The notes under the pieces are model-generated. The model was not told where the DNA came from, did not search any database, and saw only the letters and a program-made list of their open reading frames with translations. Below, piece after piece: positions 57,612 to 64,000 of a DNA stretch of 64,000 nucleotides. The DNA lies in contig JAUVXW010000009.1 of the NCBI GenBank assembly GCA_030603385.1, forward strand, positions 62,958 through 126,957. Direction: 5' to 3'. Source of the DNA: Promethearchaeota archaeon. Lineage in GTDB: Archaea; Asgardarchaeota; Lokiarchaeia; Sigyniarchaeales; SOKP01. Numbering within the stretch: position 1 is the first letter of the stretch; every line of letters starts with the position of its first letter. The position numbers were made by a program, and so were the translations under genes.

Positions 57612-59009
57612 TTGGGAGGATTATTCGCAGTCTTTTCAGATAATGATTGTATAGAGGATTTATTCTTCGGAACTGATTATCACAGCCATTTAGGTACAGT
57701 AAGAGGTGGCTTAGCTGTAAAGAACTCAGGTGGATTTCAAAGATTTATTAAGAATATAACCACATCTCAATTCAGATCGAAATTTGAAAAAGATATCAAG
57801 AAAATGCATGGTAATAAAGGTATTGGGGTGATTAGTGATTTTGAAGATCAACCTTTAATAATCAACTCACGCTTAGGCGTGTTTGCAATTTCTACTGTTG
57901 GGAGAATAAATAATTTGGAATATTTAGCAAAGGAAGCCTTAAAAAACGGAACACATTTCTCAGAAATGCATGGAGGCGAAATTAATCCAACAGAATTGAT
58001 TGCAACAATAATAAGCCAAGGGAGGACCTTTGAAGAAGGAATTCAAAAGGTACAAAATATGATTGATGGCTCGTGTACAATGCTTATACTAACTGGGGAA
58101 GGCATCTATGCTGCGAGAGATAGGCTTGGGAGAACACCTCTTATCATTGGAAATAAACCTGGTTCTTATGCTGTTACCATGGAAACCAGTGCATTTCCAA
58201 ACCTGGGATATAAAATATCAAAATTTCTTGGGCCAGGTGAAGTAATTTTCATAAATGAAAAAGGATTCGAACAAAGAATCCCTCCTGGTGATCGCCTACA
58301 AATTTGTGCTTTTTTATGGGTTTATTATGGATACCCTGCTTCAGATTATGAAGGAATTAATGTGGAAGTTGTTCGCTATAAATGCGGGGCGTATTTAGCA
58401 AAGAATGACGATGTGGAAATTGATTTAGTGGCAGGTATCCCAGATTCTGGAACAGCCCATGGTTTGGGTTATGCAAATGAAACAAAAATACCATTCTCTC
58501 GACCATACGTGAAATATACTCCAACTTGGCCCCGAAGTTTTATGCCTCAAGATCAATCAATTAGAGATCTAGTTGCAATAATGAAACTTATCCCAATTAA
58601 TGAACTGATTAATGGCAAACGCCTTCTTTTCTGTGAAGATTCGATTGTACGAGGAACTCAGCTTAGAAAAACAATTCAACGATTGTTTGATTCCGGAGCT
58701 AAGGAAGTTCATATGAGACCTGCATGTCCTCCGCTTGTTTATGGCTGTAAATTTCTCAATTTCTCTCGATCTCGTTCTGAGTTAGATTTAGCTGGACGAT
58801 GGGCTATAAAAGAACTAATTGGAAGGGATATAGGAGATCCTGCGGAATATACTGATCCGAATTCTGAGAATTATAAAGCCATGGTTGATGTTATACGTAA
58901 GAAGTTAGGTTTAACTACGTTACAATATCAGAGACTTGAAAACTTGGTTAAAGCTATTGGTTTACCAAAGGAAAGGCTATGTACATATTGCTGGGATGGT
59001 GTAGAATAA
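57612..59009 (+). CDS. Amidophosphoribosyltransferase-like protein lacking the N-terminal catalytic Cys
   Basis: Starts MGGLF; GIPDSG, EDSIVRGT, RPACPP, CTYCW. Confidence 0.85.
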   Translation: MGGLFAVFSDNDCIEDLFFGTDYHSHLGTVRGGLAVKNSGGFQRFIKNITTSQFRSKFEKDIKKMHGNKGIGVISDFEDQPLIINSRLGVFAISTVGRINNLEYLAKEALKNGTHFSEMHGGEINPTELIATIISQGRTFEEGIQKVQNMIDGSCTMLILTGEGIYAARDRLGRTPLIIGNKPGSYAVTMETSAFPNLGYKISKFLGPGEVIFINEKGFEQRIPPGDRLQICAFLWVYYGYPASDYEGINVEVVRYKCGAYLAKNDDVEIDLVAGIPDSGTAHGLGYANETKIPFSRPYVKYTPTWPRSFMPQDQSIRDLVAIMKLIPINELINGKRLLFCEDSIVRGTQLRKTIQRLFDSGAKEVHMRPACPPLVYGCKFLNFSRSRSELDLAGRWAIKELIGRDIGDPAEYTDPNSENYKAMVDVIRKKLGLTTLQYQRLENLVKAIGLPKERLCTYCWDGVE

Positions 59010-59011
59010 AT

Positions 59012-60535
59012 TTAAATTCTACTTCTGACAATTGATTTTTCCAATTCTGCTAATTTTTTTACAGATTTTAATTGATAGTCTCCTGTTAAACACGCTAAAC
59101 ATAATTTGTTTTTATCCTTCCCAATAGCTTGAGTCAAATCTTCAACAGTTTGATATAATAAAGTATCTGCCCCAATTGTTCTTCGAATTTCTTCTAGAAA
59201 ATTTTCACCATATAGTTCTTGAAACCTTCCAGCTATTAATTCATCTTTGGTTGGAAAATCAATTCCCATATAGCATGGACTTATAATTGGAGGACAACTT
59301 ACTCGTAAATGAACTCGCTTAGCTCCTCCTTTTTCTCTTAAAAGTGAAACTATTTGTTGGGTTGTGGTTCCTCTTACAATTGAATCATCTAAGAGGATTA
59401 TATCTTTATCAAAAACAACACTTTTTATAGGATTTAATTTTTCTTTCACAGCTAATTTTCGTTTTGCTTGACCTGGCATAATAAAGGTTCTATGCACATA
59501 TCTATTTTTCATCATTCCTTCTACATAAGGAAGCTTAGCTTCTTTGGCATATCCTACAGCGACACTACGACCGGAATCTGGAACAGGTACCACTATTGCA
59601 TTTTCTCTAATTTCAGGATCTCTTAAAATGGGATCGTTTTTAGCTAAATATGCACCTAATCTCAATCTTGCTTCTGCAACTGAAACTCCATCAATAATCG
59701 AATCTGGGCGAGCAAAATATACAAATTCAAACTGACATAGCGCAGTTCTATTTGATTTAATAACATTTTCAGAGTGAATGTCTTTTTGGTGGCTTAAATG
59801 TATTATTTCACCAGGTTTAACATCTCGTATGAGAGTTCCACCTACAACATCTATAGCACAAGATTCAGAGGCAACAAAATATATATTTCTCCTTGGATTC
59901 TTTAATTCACCAATACATAAAGGCTTAAATCCGAGGGGATCCCTCATTGCATAGATATCTCCTTCAGGGGTCATTAAAATTAATGAATATGAACCATCTA
60001 ATAATCTGCTAGCTAATGTTAAAACTTCTGGCCAATCTTCTGTCCCTAAAGCAATAGAGCCAATTAATTGCGCAATTACTTCAGTATCAGTATCGGTAAT
60101 AAAGACACGCCCCATATCATCCATCTTTTTCTTAATGTCATCAAAATTAGCAATAGTGCCATTAAAAGCCATAGAAAATTCAATTTCATTATTTTTGAAA
60201 TGAAATGGTTGCATATAATCGGTGGATTTATATCCTATTGCCCCTGTAGTAGCGTATCTATTGTGTCCAATACCTACATTTCCCCAATATTGAGATAAAA
60301 TTTTACTTTCTAAAACTTTCGAGACTAACCCACTCTTTTTATAAGTAATAATTTTTCCGCCTGTTTTTAATATTGAAATTCCAGTTGATTCCTGTCCTCG
60401 ATGTTGTAATGCAATTAAGCCTTGATACAAGAGCTTAGATACGGAAAAACCTAAATCATCAGAGGTAACACCAAAAATAGCACAATGGTCTTTTATCTTA
60501 TCTCTCATTTTTATTTTAGGTTTATTAAAGAGCAT
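59012..60535 (-). CDS. purF: Amidophosphoribosyltransferase
   Basis: Propeptide + CAIFG, LQHRGQES, GHNRYAT, DDSIVRGTT, PCYMGID, CLAC. Confidence 0.95.
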   Translation of the reverse strand: MLFNKPKIKMRDKIKDHCAIFGVTSDDLGFSVSKLLYQGLIALQHRGQESTGISILKTGGKIITYKKSGLVSKVLESKILSQYWGNVGIGHNRYATTGAIGYKSTDYMQPFHFKNNEIEFSMAFNGTIANFDDIKKKMDDMGRVFITDTDTEVIAQLIGSIALGTEDWPEVLTLASRLLDGSYSLILMTPEGDIYAMRDPLGFKPLCIGELKNPRRNIYFVASESCAIDVVGGTLIRDVKPGEIIHLSHQKDIHSENVIKSNRTALCQFEFVYFARPDSIIDGVSVAEARLRLGAYLAKNDPILRDPEIRENAIVVPVPDSGRSVAVGYAKEAKLPYVEGMMKNRYVHRTFIMPGQAKRKLAVKEKLNPIKSVVFDKDIILLDDSIVRGTTTQQIVSLLREKGGAKRVHLRVSCPPIISPCYMGIDFPTKDELIAGRFQELYGENFLEEIRRTIGADTLLYQTVEDLTQAIGKDKNKLCLACLTGDYQLKSVKKLAELEKSIVRSRI

Positions 60536-60643
60536 GATTCTTGGATAATTAAGAGAGGAAATTTAAGTATCTTCAATTAATTTAAATCATATATAATTTT
60601 TAATTATTAGTCTAATAGAAAATTAACGATTTTAATAAAAGAA

Positions 60644-61312
60644 GTGTTAAAAATAATCAATAAATTAAAAAGCCTTGCTATTGCTATACTTATAGGAGGG
60701 AAAAGTACTCGTTTTGGAAGTGATAAGGGGCTTTTTGAGATTCATGGGAAACCCTTAATTTCCTATCAGCTTGACATATTAACTCAAACCGATTATGATA
60801 TTTTCTTAGTCGCGCATTCCATAGAACAAGTTCAATCTTACATTAATAAAATTGATATTAGACAGATTACAGGATTCATAATTGATGATAATTCTCTTTC
60901 ATCAGATTCAAATTTATATACCCCTATGAAAGGATTATATTCAGCATATAAAGAATTAAAAGACATGGGTTATGAAAAATCCCTTACACTTTCTTGTGAT
61001 TTACCACTTATTAATCTCGATGTAATTGAATTTTTGATAAAACAATCAAGAGGATATGATTGTTGTATTCCAAAATGGAATAATGGATTCTTAGAGCCAT
61101 TATTTGCGATATATCCTATTAAAAAAGCTTATAAAAAAGCTGAGGAAAACTTGAAAAATCGGAAATACAAACTCACTAATATTATGAGTGATAATTGGAA
61201 AATTAACTTCCTATCTGTTGAAAACTTAATTAAGCAATATGATCAAAATCTTCTTACTTTTCTTAATATCAATACTCTTGAAGACATTGAACTATTAATG
61301 GGGAATAATTAA
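60644..61312 (+). CDS. mobA: Molybdenum cofactor guanylyltransferase
   Basis: GGKSTRFGSDKG, SCDLP, EPLFAIY, NINT. Confidence 0.9.
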   Translation: MLKIINKLKSLAIAILIGGKSTRFGSDKGLFEIHGKPLISYQLDILTQTDYDIFLVAHSIEQVQSYINKIDIRQITGFIIDDNSLSSDSNLYTPMKGLYSAYKELKDMGYEKSLTLSCDLPLINLDVIEFLIKQSRGYDCCIPKWNNGFLEPLFAIYPIKKAYKKAEENLKNRKYKLTNIMSDNWKINFLSVENLIKQYDQNLLTFLNINTLEDIELLMGNN

Positions 61313-61353
61313 ACATTATAAAAAAGAAAAAAAAAAGAATTAATTAATTCTAC

Positions 61354-61863
61354 CTAATCTATAGTAGCGCCACCTATTAGTCCCAAAACGCCTCCTCCAA
61401 TTGCTAAATAGAATCCTATCCATAGACCCCAATCCACTCCAGGCTCGCTCCCAAAAAAGAGGCTTTTACCTCCTAAGAGTGAGGCTATGGCTTCGAAATC
61501 ACCATATTCAATGAATAACGCAACAATAAGGAGAATTGGCCCAACTATCATAAGAACTCCGCCCAAAATTCCAATCATTTTATTTTCTATTAAACCACCA
61601 ATTATAGCTAGAGCTCCTCCTGCAACAATTAATACACAAATAATCAACAACATTATATCTTCATAATATTCAGGTCCATACCCAACACCTAAAGCTTCCC
61701 CAGTAGCAGATCCAAATCCCCCTAAAAATATGCTAAGAAAAGGGGCACCATCAAGTCTCCATAAACAAAAGATTTCGGGCAAAACAAAATATAAACCTAT
61801 AGTAAGAATTCCTAAAACACCACCAATAATGGCGATTATTTTACCTACTCCCATATTTATCAC
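61354..61863 (-). CDS. 4-TM membrane protein, paralogue of 62070-62585
   Basis: MGVGKIIAIIGG...IGFYLAIGGGVLGLI. Confidence 0.75.
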   Translation of the reverse strand: MINMGVGKIIAIIGGVLGILTIGLYFVLPEIFCLWRLDGAPFLSIFLGGFGSATGEALGVGYGPEYYEDIMLLIICVLIVAGGALAIIGGLIENKMIGILGGVLMIVGPILLIVALFIEYGDFEAIASLLGGKSLFFGSEPGVDWGLWIGFYLAIGGGVLGLIGGATID

Positions 61864-62069
61864 ACTTTTTTTTATTATTATTTCAATTCTTAATTTAAAA
61901 ATTATTTAATATTAGATAGATTGAAGGTAATATATAAGATTTATCTTTGGTCTTTCTAGAATAAATTCTTGTTAGAAGTACTTTGAAAACTTAAAATTTT
62001 ATAAGCAGTTTATTTTATTTGAATTTCAACTGTTTAATAAAAAAAAAGAGAGAGAGAGATTTATATAAT

Positions 62070-62585
62070 TTAAAATGGCCCAGGTCCATAAACAGAAGCA
62101 ACAATCCCTACAATACCGCCAGCATATAATAAATACAATCCTATATCAAAAGTACCAGGACCAAATATTGTTATTGGAATGATATTTTCTATTAACAGTT
62201 CGTCTGTCCCTAGAATATAATATACCCAATTTGCCTTATCAATTACATCAGCCATACTTAACATGAGTAAAATTGCTATTCCAAGCGATACGATAGTCCC
62301 TACTATTACAAATGCACGGTGTTTCATTCCTAAAATTTGTAAAACACCCGAAGCCAAGAATAAAATAAATATACCCGCAATAATATAAAATGCAAACACA
62401 GGGATTTCTAATGTGCTTCCTAAACTTTCGGCATCTGTAAACATAGCTGGAAGATTTTTAATTATCCCTATGCCATTTGCATAGTAACCACTACCCCCAA
62501 TGTGTAGAGCAATCCATGAAAATAAAAAGGTCGCAACAAGTGTTATTATTCCAGATATCACACTTAATTTTTTTCCTATTGCCAT
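62070..62585 (-). CDS. 4-TM membrane protein
   Basis: MAIGKKLSVISG...IGLYLLYAGGIVGIV. Confidence 0.75.
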   Translation of the reverse strand: MAIGKKLSVISGIITLVATFLFSWIALHIGGSGYYANGIGIIKNLPAMFTDAESLGSTLEIPVFAFYIIAGIFILFLASGVLQILGMKHRAFVIVGTIVSLGIAILLMLSMADVIDKANWVYYILGTDELLIENIIPITIFGPGTFDIGLYLLYAGGIVGIVASVYGPGPF

Positions 62586-62826
62586 TGTCGATCACTTTTT
62601 TTAAAAATTTTAATTTTTATTGTTAAATAGATCTTGTATAATATAAAATATAAAACTATTTTAATCAATTTTTAATTAATGAGAGAGTTAGGTGAAATTT
62701 GTAAGATTAAATAGAACAATTTCCAAGTATTATTCCACTATTCTCAAACTATGGACAATACAGTCTAAATTAATTTAATAATAATTATCGTATAAAAAGT
62801 ATAGAAAATAAATCTAAGTAAAAATT

Positions 62827-63204
62827 TCAGTTTTCTAATACCAGTTCTTCACAAATTTTCTGGATAATAACCAATAACTTACGCAGATTAAACGGTTTAT
62901 CGAGAAAAGCACAAGCACCAAGTGCAATGGCTTTTTGCTTTATAGTAATATCCGCACTTGCAAATATAACTTTGGTATGATTATTGATTTGTAAAATTTC
63001 AGCCATGGCATCAAGTCCATTTTTTACGGGCATAAGATGATCCATTAATATAATATCAGGTTTTTCTTCAAAATTATTAAACTTTTCAACAGCAATCTTA
63101 CCATTGAATGCTGTATCAATAATTTCAAAACCAGCTTCCTTTAATATCAAAGTATATAATTTTTGTAGGGATTGATCATCATCAACAATAAAAATCTTTA
63201 CCAT
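62827..63204 (-). CDS. Single-domain response regulator
   Basis: IVDDD, ILMDHLMP-x-x-NG, FLDKPF. Confidence 0.92.
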   Translation of the reverse strand: MVKIFIVDDDQSLQKLYTLILKEAGFEIIDTAFNGKIAVEKFNNFEEKPDIILMDHLMPVKNGLDAMAEILQINNHTKVIFASADITIKQKAIALGACAFLDKPFNLRKLLVIIQKICEELVLEN

Positions 63205-63660
63205 GCCAAAACCCCTAAATCATATGAGAGATGATAACTTGCTATTAATATTTGTTCTAAAACAGTAAACTGGTTTTTATAGATTACAATAATAAACAAA
63301 CACTTCTATTTAAGTTTAAACAAAAAAAAAAAATTATATATAAACACTCTAAAGACCATATAAATTGTATACTCTTTTCCTAACAAAATCGTATATTGCA
63401 CAGTAATCTTTAAATATGTACAATTGATAGATATAATAATAATGTTCGTAAGACCTCTCTTGAATAAGTTATTGGTATTATTAGTACTCAGTTTAGTTGT
63501 AGTATTATTATTACTCTAAATCAAGAGAGACGAACCTGATTCCTTTTTTGATATATCTTTTCTCATGGATTTGTTCTCTCTTGATATCCAGTTAATTATA
63601 TCTAAAAAAGAAATATATGGTTCACGAAATATATTGGAATACAGAAAAGGAGGTGAGAAG

Positions 63661-63819
63661 TTGGAAAAAACCAAACAAAGGGCAACAGAAATAACGCCCC
63701 CAGAAAAAGAAGAGATTGATTGGGCAAAATATCTTGATTATACAAGATTTTTCGAACCTGCTGAAATAAATAACATTTCACAGGAACTCTTTAAGAAAGA
63801 TTTTGAAGAGAATGAATAA
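63661..63819 (+). CDS. Small hypothetical protein (likely TTG start after SD GGAGGTGA)
   Basis: SD at 63649-63656; ORF track extends the start to 63565. Confidence 0.45.
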   Translation: MEKTKQRATEITPPEKEEIDWAKYLDYTRFFEPAEINNISQELFKKDFEENE

Positions 63820-63917
63820 TATTTTTCGCCCAAATATATTCTATAATAAAATCTTATTCGGTTAATTTTATAAACGAATTAACAATTATAAATTAACCCC
63901 CTTTTTTGTTTTCTTAC

Positions 63918-64000
63918 ATTATAATCCCCCGTTCTAGTAGGTCGGCGCATTCTATGAGTTTTAGATTGTTCATTAAAAAATTTCCCCTCACTTGTCGAGT
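63918..64000 (-). ncRNA. Possible 3' end of RNase P RNA, cut by the window edge
   Basis: Minus strand UAGAAUGCGCCGACCUACUAGAACGGGGGAUUAU resembles the conserved 3' GAAUG...ACAGAA-N-GGCUUA segment; followed by AT-rich sequence. Confidence 0.3.

Overview
This is an AT-rich archaeal window, most consistent with Asgard Lokiarchaeia. That assignment is an inference from the split Sec-type Vhu hydrogenase, TM+basic C-terminal anchors and the LRR/HEAT protein. Left flank (1-8.9 kb): hypC, hdrBC, vhuG-vhuA, an unannotated selenoprotein gene vhuU (in-frame TGA) with a SECIS-like hairpin, and a beta-helix surface protein. Middle (~9.2-42.8 kb): an integrated, apparently capsid-less mobile element. It carries a tyrosine recombinase, GIY-YIG nuclease, DNA methyltransferase, ParB-like protein, Spo11/TopoVI-A-like protein, D5/P4-type SF3 helicase, RmuC, two C2H2-HNH-like proteins, small regulators and membrane-anchored proteins. 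Two unexplained repeated units stand out. One is a ~35-50 aa protein module (F/Y-x-x-E-T-G-K-x-A...K-I-T-x-x-F-x-x-W) found in 8 different proteins. The other is a ~35-bp gene-junction sequence (TAAATTTATTYCAAATAACAAATGAAGGAGGTGA) upstream of 8 cargo genes, suggesting a cassette-like shuffling architecture. Right flank (42.8-64 kb): Lrp regulator, LRR protein, tusA-yeeE-dsrEFH-like operon, hypE/D/F, MNT-HepT pair, hisF/hisH, two convergent purF homologues, mobA, a response regulator and possibly the 3' end of RNase P RNA.
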